Assembly: GCA_964360535.1 (NCBI GenBank)
Contig: CAYHXB010000004.1
Coordinates: 1 to 36,103, forward strand
Length of the DNA stretch: 36,103 nt
DNA from: an uncultured Candidatus Saccharibacteria bacterium
GTDB taxonomy: Bacteria; Patescibacteriota; Minisyncoccia; UBA6257; 2-01-FULL-56-20
Direction: 5' to 3'
The notes under the pieces: model-generated
Database searches by the model: none
The model's input: only the letters and a program-made list of their open reading frames with translations
What the model was told of the DNA's origin: nothing
Translations under genes and position numbers: made by a program
Part shown: one piece after another, positions 24,858 through 32,811 of the stretch
How positions within the stretch are numbered: position 1 is the stretch's first letter
Layout: every line of letters begins with the position of its first letter

Positions 24858-25929
24858 AAAAAATTTTTCGTGGAATCTGACTTTCGGCCGGGTTTCCGAC
24901 CAGGAAAAGATAAATTTCGCGCGCCATCTTGCTTTGACAATCAAAGCCGGCTTGCCGCTCGTTGAAGCACTTAAAATAATCCAGAAGCAGATTCAGAAAG
25001 GGACTCTCGGAATTATAATTGACGACCTGATTGAAAAAGTGGAGGGCGGGCAATTTTTGTCGCAGGGTATGGAAAATCACAAAAACGTTTTCAACGATTT
25101 TTTCATAAGCATCGTCCGCATCGGCGAGCAGAGCGGAACGCTTTCCGAAAATCTTCTTTATCTTTCCGAGGAAATGAAAAAATCCAGGGACCTGAAAAAC
25201 AAAATACGCTCAGCTATGGTTTATCCGGTCATAATTTTTATCGCAACCATAGGCATAACGGGGCTTCTGACATTCGTTATTTTTCCGAAGGTTCTGCCGG
25301 TGTTCGCCAGCATGAAAATAGCCCTACCGATGACTACGAAAATCCTTATAGCCACTTTGAATTTCCTTCTCGTTTATTGGTGGGCTCTTTTGCTGGGACT
25401 GGCGACAGCCATCGTCGCGCTGAAAATCGTGCTGCGCTTTGAGCCGGTTAAGTATTTTTTTGACCGGCTTCTGTTTTACATTCCAGTTGTTTCTTCATTG
25501 ACCGTGGATATCGCCATGTCAAATTTCACGAGAACAATGGGAGTGCTTTTGAAGAGCGGTGTGAGAATAGTGGAAGCAGTCAACATAACCGCCCGCACCA
25601 TGGACAATCTTGTTTACCGCCGGATACTACTAAGCGCCGCCGAAGACATAGGCCGCGGAGAGCAGTTCGTCAACATCCTCAATAAAAACAAGAAATTTTT
25701 CCCGGTGATTCTGGCGAGCCTGATAGAGATAGGGGAGAATACGGGCAATCTAGAGGACAATTTATTTTATCTTTCCGAATATTACTCAGAAGAAGTCGGC
25801 ACTATGGTAGGTAACCTTACCAGCTTGCTGGAACCCCTTCTTCTCCTGGTGATGGGCGTGATAGTCGGCTTTGTGGCGCTTTCCATTATTACGCCGATTT
25901 ACGAAGTGACATCCGGCATACATGGCTGA
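24850..25929 (+). CDS. pilC: Type IV pilus platform protein PilC (GspF family)
   Basis: Two GspF-type repeats, three TM segments, and overlap with pilB. Confidence 0.85.
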   Translation: MNKKNFSWNLTFGRVSDQEKINFARHLALTIKAGLPLVEALKIIQKQIQKGTLGIIIDDLIEKVEGGQFLSQGMENHKNVFNDFFISIVRIGEQSGTLSENLLYLSEEMKKSRDLKNKIRSAMVYPVIIFIATIGITGLLTFVIFPKVLPVFASMKIALPMTTKILIATLNFLLVYWWALLLGLATAIVALKIVLRFEPVKYFFDRLLFYIPVVSSLTVDIAMSNFTRTMGVLLKSGVRIVEAVNITARTMDNLVYRRILLSAAEDIGRGEQFVNILNKNKKFFPVILASLIEIGENTGNLEDNLFYLSEYYSEEVGTMVGNLTSLLEPLLLLVMGVIVGFVALSIITPIYEVTSGIHG

Positions 25930-26362
25930 AAATAACGGCGGGTTTACAATATGGGAAATTCTGCTCGTTCTCGGCCTGATGGCTATTCTGTTTTCCCTAG
26001 GGTTGCTCGTAAGCATGGATTTTTACCGCCAGAAAATATTGGGCGCGGAGCGCGATATTGTCGTCGCCGTTCTCAAAAGAGCGCGGAACGAAGCGCAAAA
26101 TAACATCAACCAGTCAAGTCATGGCGTTTATCTTGGCTCGGCGTCCAACTACGTTATTTTCCAGGGTAATACCTATGCGTCAAGGAACACGAATTTCGAC
26201 GAGATGTTCAGCCGTTCCGGCGGGATTGTCCTGAACGGACCGTCAGAACTGGCTTTTTCTTCCCTTGACGGAAGCTCAAGCGTTTCCGGGACTATTTCGA
26301 TTTCAAACGGTATCCAGACGTCGACGATTTCAGTAAACACGGAAGGAAGAATTGATTGGTGA
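25922..26362 (+). CDS. Prepilin-type minor pilin / pseudopilin
   Basis: N-terminal cleavage/methylation motif GG|FTIWE followed by a hydrophobic helix. Confidence 0.75.
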   Translation: MAENNGGFTIWEILLVLGLMAILFSLGLLVSMDFYRQKILGAERDIVVAVLKRARNEAQNNINQSSHGVYLGSASNYVIFQGNTYASRNTNFDEMFSRSGGIVLNGPSELAFSSLDGSSSVSGTISISNGIQTSTISVNTEGRIDW

Positions 26363-26364
26363 CA

Positions 26365-27774
26365 ATGAAAAAAATTCAAAATTCAAAATTCAAAGTTCTA
26401 AGTTCTAAAATTGGACAGTCCACTCTTGAAATTCTGGTCGCCATAGGAATTTTGGCTATAAGCTTGTCCGCGGTGGTCATTGTTATTTTCGGCAGCCAGT
26501 CGATTTCCGTGGACAGCCAGGAAGCCAACAAAGCCGTAAATCTCGCGCGGGAACTCATTGAGAACGCCACGGCTTCGTCGTCCGAAAATTTCGGCGGCCT
26601 TATTTCCGGTTCAAGCACGCAAGACGAATTTTTGAAAGAAATAATAGTCAAAGACATTGATTCCGACACAAAAGAAATTACCAGCAGAGTCAGCTGGCAA
26701 ACGGAAACGGCGCGCATTCAAAAAATAGAACTGACGACACTTGTCACCAACTGGCAGGCGTATCAGGACACGGGCGGAGACACAGGAGGCGGAGGATTAT
26801 CCGGCGATTGGCAGAACCCGACGACGCTCGGCTCGGTGGACCTCGGTCCGGGAGAATCGGCAACCGGCCTGGATGTCGTTAATAAAATCGTTTATTTGTC
26901 GGCGTCTGCTTCGGACAAATCAAAGCCGGATTTCTTTATCGTCAACGCGACCAACGGACAAAGCCCGTATATTGTTTCCCAAATCAACACCGGCGAAGGA
27001 TTAAACGCCGTTGACGTTGCCGGCAATTATGCTTACGTCGCCAATGACGACGATGATGCCCAGCTTCAGGTAATAGACATTTCAAATCCTGCTTTGCCGT
27101 CTTTAATCAAGTCATTCAAACTGAACGGTGTTTCCGGAAGCGGAGCAATCGGACAAAGCATTTTTTATTCAAACAGCAAAATTTATATCGGCACCAAAGC
27201 CGCGAGCGGGCCGGAATTTCATATCGTTGACGTTTCCAATCCCGCCGTTCCTTTGGATATAGGCAGTTACGAAACGGGCGCGAATGTCAACGATATTTTC
27301 GTATCTGGCAATACCGCTTATATCGCGACTTCGGCCGATAACAGCGAGCTGACCATTTTGGACGTAACCAATTCTTCAAGCATTGTTAAGCTCGGCGATT
27401 TTAATGCGGTTGCCGGCGATGACGGCAAAAGTGTTTATATAACTGGGACAACCGCTTATCTCGGAAGAACCGGCGGCGGCAGTTTATCCATCATTAATGT
27501 TTCCAATCCGGCCTTGCCTGTTCAACTAGGGACAGCGAATTTAGGCGGAGCGGGCGTAAACGGAATCATTGTACGCGACTATCTGGCGTTCCTGGCAACC
27601 ACTGATTCAAACAAAGAATTCCAAATATGGAACGTTTCCAGTTCTTCCGCTCCGGTTCAGTGGAGTTCATACAATTTTTCCCAGGTTGGCACGGGAGTGG
27701 ATTATGAAGACAACTTCGTTTACGTTTCCGTAAGGAGCAACGACGCTTTCCGCATCATAACTTCGGGGCCATGA
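26365..27774 (+). CDS. Pilin-like protein fused to an LVIVD-repeat beta-propeller-like domain
   Basis: G|QSTLE prepilin-like motif and hydrophobic helix. At least five repeats of the type (L/F)x(I/V)xDVSNPxxP follow (QVIDISNPALP, HIVDVSNPAVP, LTILDVTNSS, LSIINVSNPALP, FQIWNVSSSSAP). ATG at 26365 is preferred over TTG at 26356. Confidence 0.7.
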   Translation: MKKIQNSKFKVLSSKIGQSTLEILVAIGILAISLSAVVIVIFGSQSISVDSQEANKAVNLARELIENATASSSENFGGLISGSSTQDEFLKEIIVKDIDSDTKEITSRVSWQTETARIQKIELTTLVTNWQAYQDTGGDTGGGGLSGDWQNPTTLGSVDLGPGESATGLDVVNKIVYLSASASDKSKPDFFIVNATNGQSPYIVSQINTGEGLNAVDVAGNYAYVANDDDDAQLQVIDISNPALPSLIKSFKLNGVSGSGAIGQSIFYSNSKIYIGTKAASGPEFHIVDVSNPAVPLDIGSYETGANVNDIFVSGNTAYIATSADNSELTILDVTNSSSIVKLGDFNAVAGDDGKSVYITGTTAYLGRTGGGSLSIINVSNPALPVQLGTANLGGAGVNGIIVRDYLAFLATTDSNKEFQIWNVSSSSAPVQWSSYNFSQVGTGVDYEDNFVYVSVRSNDAFRIITSGP

Positions 27775-28295
27775 AAATAAAATTGCGCAAAAAGGATTTA
27801 AAAAATTCCGGAGGATTCACGCTGATAGAAGCTTTGCTTTACGCTGCCATTTTTTCAATCACAATGAGCTTTTCTATTTTGATTTTTTACCAGGTACTTT
27901 CTTCTGAATCGCAAAACCGCGCCCGCCGCGAAACGGAGACGGAAGCCGATTTCTTGATGAGAAAGATTGTTCGGGCCATGAATTCGGCGCAGGACATTTT
28001 GCAGCCGGCCGCAGGAGCAACTTCCTCCGTTCTTGTTTTAAACAAATATAATTTTCCACAAAATCCCGTCGGTTTTGACTTGTCTTCGGGAATAGCGCTT
28101 TTCAGCAGCGCCGGCGGGGCGTGGATTCCGCTTACAAGCGGAAATGTCAGCGTCAGCCAAGCCGTGTTTTCGCGCATCCCGTCTTCCGGCTCCAGGCATG
28201 AAGCAGTCCAAATTATTTTTTCTGTCATGGCTTCCGCTCCGGACCAGGCGATAAAGGCCTCAACGACTCTTCAAAACACAATTTATCTCCCATGA
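27771..28295 (+). CDS. Prepilin-type minor pilin / pseudopilin
   Basis: GG|FTLIE motif followed by a hydrophobic helix. Confidence 0.75.
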   Translation: MKIKLRKKDLKNSGGFTLIEALLYAAIFSITMSFSILIFYQVLSSESQNRARRETETEADFLMRKIVRAMNSAQDILQPAAGATSSVLVLNKYNFPQNPVGFDLSSGIALFSSAGGAWIPLTSGNVSVSQAVFSRIPSSGSRHEAVQIIFSVMASAPDQAIKASTTLQNTIYLP

Positions 28296-28693
28296 CATTT
28301 TTTTGTAAAAACAAAGGCGGCTATATCGCCATAACTTCGGCAATTCTTATCAGCGCGATGATTCTTTTGGTCGTTTTTGTGATAAGCACCGGCTCTTTTC
28401 TCGCGCGGCTGGACATCTCCACAAGTTCTTTCAAAGAAAAAAGCTCGTCGCTCGCAAGAGCGTGCGTTCAAAAGGCAATTTTGAAGTTGTCCCAGAACGG
28501 CTCTTACGCCGGCAACGAAACGATTTCAGTCGCCAGCGACACATGCCAGATAGTTTCCGTCGTTGCCAGCGGCACAATCCAGAAAATCATTTCGACGCAG
28601 GGCCAATTCAGGTCGTCCTTTACCAATTTTAAAGTGACAGTCAGTTCTTCAACGCTCTTGGTTGCCGGATGGGAGGAGCTGGCTCATTTTTGA
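28292..28693 (+). CDS. Pilus-associated membrane-anchored protein (PilX/ComGG-like by position)
   Basis: N-terminal KGGYIAITSAILISAMILLVV helix without Glu at +5. Last gene of the pseudopilin run. Confidence 0.5.
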   Translation: MTFFCKNKGGYIAITSAILISAMILLVVFVISTGSFLARLDISTSSFKEKSSSLARACVQKAILKLSQNGSYAGNETISVASDTCQIVSVVASGTIQKIISTQGQFRSSFTNFKVTVSSSTLLVAGWEELAHF

Positions 28694-28727
28694 AAAAGCC
28701 CCTGTGGATAAAACCGCGCCTTATTTC

Positions 28728-28812
28728 TGCTATAATCAGTAGTGAGGAGTGGGATAAAAATTTATTAATTTTTATCCCAGCCGAACGCCCTGATTAATGA
28801 TGCGCAGCTTCA
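28728..28812 (+). promoter_or_regulatory. Pilus-associated structured repeat, copy 2 (extended -10 TGCTATAAT)
   Basis: Same conserved blocks as copy 1. The central stem is GGGATAAAAA / TTTTTATCCC, entirely different in sequence but still base-paired. Confidence 0.7.
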
Positions 28813-28901
28813 TATAATCAGTAGCGAGGAGTAAAGTGAAAATTTAACAAATTTTTACTTCAGCCGAACGCCCTGATTAATGAAACCTGCAAGGTTTCAT
28901 T
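28813..28901 (+). promoter_or_regulatory. Pilus-associated structured repeat, copy 3, in tandem with copy 2 and upstream of pilA
   Basis: Same conserved blocks. The central stem is AAGTGAAAA / TTTTTACTT and the 3' hairpin is TGAAACCT-GC-AAGGTTTCA. Confidence 0.7.
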
Positions 28902-28947
28902 AATTCAGTTTAATGGGAAAGGTCGAAGAATCATTGATTTACACAAC

Positions 28948-29394
28948 ATGAATTCAAAAAGAGGTTTTACCTTAATAGAGCTTTTGGTGGTAATCGGAAT
29001 AATCGCAATTTTGGCGGCTGTCGTTATTGTCGCTCTGAATCCGGCCAGGCAATTCGCCCAGGCAAGAAACACTCAAAGACAATCGAATATTCTTGCGATT
29101 CTTAACGCCATTGGCCAGAACATTGCTGACAACAAAGGAATTTTCACTTGCGCCGCCGGAGCCATTCCATCGTCGACAACCAAGATGGCAACTAGCACTT
29201 ACGATATCGCCGGATGTTTGGTTCCGACCTATCTGCCGAATATGCCATTTGACCCGTCGGCTGCGGGCGCTCATTGGACAAGCGTTTCGGACTACGATTC
29301 TGGCTACGAAGTGTCAGTATCAACAAGCACCAGCAGGGTGACTGTTAACGCGCCAGCTACGGAGCTTAGTCAGGTTATTTCACTTACGCGTTAA
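28948..29394 (+). CDS. pilA: Type IV major pilin (PilA-like)
   Basis: The MNSKRG|FTLIELLVVIGIIAILAAVV cleavage/methylation motif, small size, and Thr/Ser-rich C-terminus. Confidence 0.85.
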   Translation: MNSKRGFTLIELLVVIGIIAILAAVVIVALNPARQFAQARNTQRQSNILAILNAIGQNIADNKGIFTCAAGAIPSSTTKMATSTYDIAGCLVPTYLPNMPFDPSAAGAHWTSVSDYDSGYEVSVSTSTSRVTVNAPATELSQVISLTR

Positions 29395-29420
29395 AACAGA
29401 TTAGAAAGTTCGGAATTCGA

Positions 29421-29454
29421 AAAACGCCTTGATCTAATATCAGGGCGTTTTTTT
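29421..29454 (+). terminator. Intrinsic terminator after pilA
   Basis: AAAACGCCTTGAT-CTAAT-ATCAGGGCGTTTT followed by further T residues. Confidence 0.8.
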
Positions 29455-29486
29455 GGCTTAATCCATCCGGCTGCAGTAGCAGGGGA

Positions 29487-29516
29487 TTGACAATATTAGC
29501 GGACTGGGATTACTAT
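29487..29516 (+). promoter_or_regulatory. Sigma70-like promoter (TTGACA, 18-nt spacer, TACTAT)
   Basis: Read directly. The -10 element ends 7 nt before the ATG at 29524. Confidence 0.4.
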
Positions 29517-29523
29517 AAAACCA

Positions 29524-29598
29524 ATGAAAAAAATCGGCTCAAGCTACTTTAACTTTTTCTTTACGGGCTCCATCGAGAGTTCATTTTTGCTATTGTAA
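29524..29598 (+). CDS. Candidate 24-aa Phe-rich leader peptide (MKKIGSSYFNFFFTGSIESSFLLL)
   Basis: Small ORF lying between a promoter-like element and a strong terminator. Not in the ORF track because of its size. Confidence 0.25.
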   Translation: MKKIGSSYFNFFFTGSIESSFLLL

Positions 29599-29645
29599 TG
29601 GTTCGACATAGCTCACCATAAAAGGAAAAATCAAAACAATATCAA

Positions 29646-29682
29646 AAACGAGCTCTCGATGTAGAGCTCGTTTCGTTTTTTT
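29646..29682 (+). terminator. Intrinsic terminator / possible attenuator
   Basis: AAACGAGCTC-TCGATGTA-GAGCTCGTTT followed by CGTTTTTTT. The upstream CCATCGAGAG (29570-29579) is complementary to CTCTCGATG in the 5' arm and loop. Confidence 0.7.
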
Positions 29683-29721
29683 GTGAAGCATTTTGACAAT
29701 TTCATAACGGAAGGAAGAATC

Positions 29722-30078
29722 ATGAATAACGCAGTAGTTTGGGCAAGGACAATCTTCGAAGCAGCGAATGACGAAACGAAATTTAAGGAAGTGAAAACAA
29801 TTTCGCCATTCGCCGATAAGGTGGTGATTGCCGTCAGCTATGGCGTCAGCACGGAATTATGCGGCGACATTTATGATTTCGCGGATGCGAACGGTGGAAC
29901 CGACGTGGTGTCAAGCATCGTGAAAAATGCAATTCGCTCAAGAAAATGGCGCGTCCACGATTTCGACGACTATGTGCTTGTATTTGACCAACTCTCGGTT
30001 TTCGGGAATAAGAACGGCGCCGGCAACGTAGAAGTTTTCTGGATGGGCTCGAGAAATGGAGCAAAAAACCCGGAATAG
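29722..30078 (+). CDS. Hypothetical protein
   Basis: ATG at 29722 preceded by GGAAGGAAG. No recognisable family. Confidence 0.45.
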   Translation: MNNAVVWARTIFEAANDETKFKEVKTISPFADKVVIAVSYGVSTELCGDIYDFADANGGTDVVSSIVKNAIRSRKWRVHDFDDYVLVFDQLSVFGNKNGAGNVEVFWMGSRNGAKNPE

Positions 30079-30176
30079 GCGTAGCGGAACAGCTGCAAAT
30101 AAAAAGCCGAAAATCCGGACACCCTTAATTAAGAAATCGGGCCTCGCATGCGAAAGCAAAGCGGGGCTCTTTTTAT

Positions 30177-31193
30177 TCAGGAAACACCGGCGCGCTTTGG
30201 CCAGCGGGAACGCGAGTAAGCGTCAACTTCGCTTAATTTAAGGGGAGTGGTGACATTGCCGGTGCGGACATAAAAGTGTTCGTCGCTGTCTATTTTAAGG
30301 TAAATCGGCCTGGCGCTGGAGGCCACTTGGACGAGGCAGACATCGTTGTCGTTTACCGATTGGAATCTCAATTTAACCAAATGGCGGAATTCCGGCCCTA
30401 TCATTTTATTGAAAATCTGCGTGAAATGATTTTCAAAACCGTCGCTGTCCTTGCGGGTAAATGTTTCATAATCGTTTTTCAGCCCTATGATTTCCTGGCC
30501 GTCGTTTATCCCGATAACAAGTATCCCGCCTTTGGAATTCAAAAAAGCAGCCACGGTTTTCATGACCGCCTTTTCTATCTCGCGGCTGATTCCTTTCTGT
30601 CTTTCGTCAAAGCGCAAAGTGGATTTGAATTCAAGATGCTCGTGCTCTTCTTCAAGTATCAGCTTAAAAATATCAGGTTCTTCGTTCAGATATTTGCTTT
30701 GCGGTTCAGCGAATCTTTCTATTGCTCTTCGTTGTTCATGCGGGCGCTGGATATCTCCAAGCGTAAGCGAATTATGAGGGGCGCCGTTATCAATATGAAT
30801 AGAACCGTAATGAAGGCGTTTTCCGAGTGGTCCTGACGACAGCGTCACTGTCATGGATTTTTGGAGAGGGACTATTTTTTCCCTTTTGAAAAAAACTCCC
30901 CACCTGTGCGAAATAGTTCCAGGCAAAACCACGTAGCTTTCGTAATACCAGCGGAGAAAAGCGTAAACAGTTATGCCTAATTGAACGCCGGAAAGTAAAA
31001 GGAATTTTGCCGTCTGATAAGAAAGAATCTGTGAAAGAAACTCAAATTTTGTGTAAAGTTCGTATTTATAATTGCCCAGCTGGGCGGCTACGATGTAAGC
31101 AACGAAAGCCAGCGCTTCAATAAGGATAAGGGTGCGGATAAGGACAATCGGGCTTCGTTTGATAGTTGTTTGATTTGCCATTCGGGTTGCCAT
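30177..31193 (-). CDS. Membrane protein with a bacterial PH (bPH_2/YdbS-like) domain fused to a C-terminal AlbA_2 (Schlafen-type) domain
   Basis: Two N-terminal TM helices, then GTISHRWGVFFKREKIVPLQKSMTVTLSSGPLGKRLHYGSIHI (bPH_2-like). The C-terminal half carries EHLEFKSTL, AFLNSKGGILVIGINDGQEIIGL and FYVRTGNVTTPL, the hallmark blocks of AlbA_2. Confidence 0.65.
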   Translation of the reverse strand: MATRMANQTTIKRSPIVLIRTLILIEALAFVAYIVAAQLGNYKYELYTKFEFLSQILSYQTAKFLLLSGVQLGITVYAFLRWYYESYVVLPGTISHRWGVFFKREKIVPLQKSMTVTLSSGPLGKRLHYGSIHIDNGAPHNSLTLGDIQRPHEQRRAIERFAEPQSKYLNEEPDIFKLILEEEHEHLEFKSTLRFDERQKGISREIEKAVMKTVAAFLNSKGGILVIGINDGQEIIGLKNDYETFTRKDSDGFENHFTQIFNKMIGPEFRHLVKLRFQSVNDNDVCLVQVASSARPIYLKIDSDEHFYVRTGNVTTPLKLSEVDAYSRSRWPKRAGVS

Positions 31194-31237
31194 CAGTTTA
31201 TAGCAAAAACCGCCGGGAGTGAAACTCCACCCATATT

Positions 31238-31696
31238 TTAATTTTGCCCCCAGTCAATAAGTTCGGTGAATCTCAGATAAAAACCGAATGGGTCAACCAT
31301 TCTGAAATCTTTCCATTTATGTCCATGGTCTTCTAACTCTTTAAGTTCTCGAACAACGTGATCCTTAAGATTTGTGTATACCACTTTATATATTTCTTCT
31401 ATATTGCCAGTCGCGATAGTTACCTCTGCTGCGTATCCCCGTTTAGTCTCTCTAGAGAATTGCTTAAAAAATGATTGATTATACACTCTTTCATCGCCGC
31501 CATAAAAATTTAACATTGTGTTTCCCAATGCATCTTTGCGAGTCATAGTTAAATAACCAAGTTCCTTTACATTTACCTTATCGTCCATACTTATCTCAAA
31601 ACCGAGTTTTGAGTAGAAATTTTTTACAATATCCAAGTCAGGAACATGTAATTCAACGATAAGATTGTTTCTAATTGGAACCTTCATGAATTTCAA
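31238..31696 (-). CDS. Glyoxalase / bleomycin-resistance (VOC) superfamily protein
   Basis: VELHVPDLDIVKNFYSKLGFEI at the N-terminus and DPFGFYLRF at the C-terminus are typical VOC beta-alpha-beta modules. Confidence 0.55.
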   Translation of the reverse strand: MKFMKVPIRNNLIVELHVPDLDIVKNFYSKLGFEISMDDKVNVKELGYLTMTRKDALGNTMLNFYGGDERVYNQSFFKQFSRETKRGYAAEVTIATGNIEEIYKVVYTNLKDHVVRELKELEDHGHKWKDFRMVDPFGFYLRFTELIDWGQN

Positions 31697-31759
31697 GTTA
31701 CCACGGTTTATGAGATATAGAAATGCGGTGGATACCGTACCGCTCTGCTGTGCGGTTAT

Positions 31760-32209
31760 TCATTGAACCGTTACCGTACCGCCTTCGCTTGGGTTAAGGT
31801 TGTTGTGATATCCCCAAGTGCCCTGCATGTCGAAATTGAACGACCATGAAACTTTAGGAGGTATGTTGCTGCAGGAATCGAAAGCGCTTCCAACACATCC
31901 GTCTTTGACCGGATAGCCGTCATTGGAGGGATACGGGTTTGAAGCCACGCGCATATTTTTAGGAGAATAATTTCTGAAAATGACTGCGCCGCCTTTGGGT
32001 ATGGAAACCGAAGAAGGGGAGAACTCACTTCCGTTGTAATTGACTATTGTCGCGTAAATCGAGCCTATGAAAAATCCGGAGGATTGCTGGTTCGTTTCCG
32101 GCGCCATTCCGGTTTTATTTGTTTTATAATCGTCTCTGCCATAAAGGTAATATCCCGCGGCGATTACGATTGCCGCTAACAGAACCATGACCCAATCTTT
32201 TTTTGTCAT
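31760..32209 (-). CDS. Membrane-anchored secreted protein, possibly cupredoxin-like fold
   Basis: An N-terminal TM helix. The C-terminal SVSIPKGGAVIFRN...GTWGYHNNLNPSEGGTVTVQ resembles cupredoxin-like strands, but no clear copper ligands are seen. Confidence 0.35.
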   Translation of the reverse strand: MTKKDWVMVLLAAIVIAAGYYLYGRDDYKTNKTGMAPETNQQSSGFFIGSIYATIVNYNGSEFSPSSVSIPKGGAVIFRNYSPKNMRVASNPYPSNDGYPVKDGCVGSAFDSCSNIPPKVSWSFNFDMQGTWGYHNNLNPSEGGTVTVQ

Positions 32210-32449
32210 TGGATTATTTTTTTAATGTTATTTATTTTAATTTTACTCTACATGTTCATTATAGCAAATCGAATTCATAAAAGGTCTTTTATAACCGGCC
32301 TCAAGTCGTTTCTCAGATAACCGTATACGGCGGATTATATTGTATATAACAGCCGTCCGTTAACCTGACTTTTTATAATTTTAGTTATATCATAGATAAG
32401 CATTATATATGAATAATGTAATGCCGGGAATGCAAAATTTTTGTTTGGC

Positions 32450-32548
32450 CAAACAAAAAGGGCGTAGCGTTGAATTGCTACTGCCCTTGGGAGGTAGTAG
32501 AGCTTTTGCTTCACTGCCTCCCTTTGAATCCGTTGTGGCTTGCCCGCG
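32450..32548 (-). repeat. Left inverted repeat of the lipoprotein cassette (terminator-like in minus orientation; carries an extra 34-nt hairpin at 32489-32522)
   Basis: CAAACAAAAAGGGCGTAGCGTTGAATTGCTACTGCCCTT...TGAATCCGTTGTGGCTTGCCCGCG aligns with the reverse complement of 33501-33564. Confidence 0.75.
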
Positions 32549-32679
32549 ATATGGAAAAAATCTCTGCCGCCATGCCGCCAAACAGCGCCGTCTAGCGGCA
32601 AACCGACCTATTAAATCCCTTGAAAAAACCCCTTATAAAACAACGATAAATCAGCTTTATTTATAAATAATTCCTGTGT

Positions 32680-32708
32680 TTGACAAAGGCGAAAAATAAG
32701 TGTATAGT
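32680..32708 (+). promoter_or_regulatory. Sigma70-like promoter (TTGACA, 17-nt spacer, TATAGT) for the lipoprotein gene
   Basis: Read directly. It lies about 100 nt upstream of the ATG at 32812 and inside the inverted-repeat-bounded segment. Confidence 0.5.
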
Positions 32709-32811
32709 TTAACTTAAGAAGTAGAAGTTTGAAAACTGAATATTGGAGATTTTGTTGAAATTCAGTTCCGATTTTAACCCAATTTTCCGGCTCGCCGGCA
32801 AAGGAGAAATC

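Noticed and set aside
24396-24944. 182-aa minus-strand ORF across the pilB/pilC junction
   Set aside because: It is antisense to two well-supported pilus genes and has no recognisable motifs.
28728-28901. Tandem repeat before pilA as a CRISPR array
   Set aside because: Only two adjacent units are present, each about 82 nt, with conserved flanks and a variable paired core rather than a constant repeat with unique spacers. The third copy is 5 kb away. No cas genes are present.
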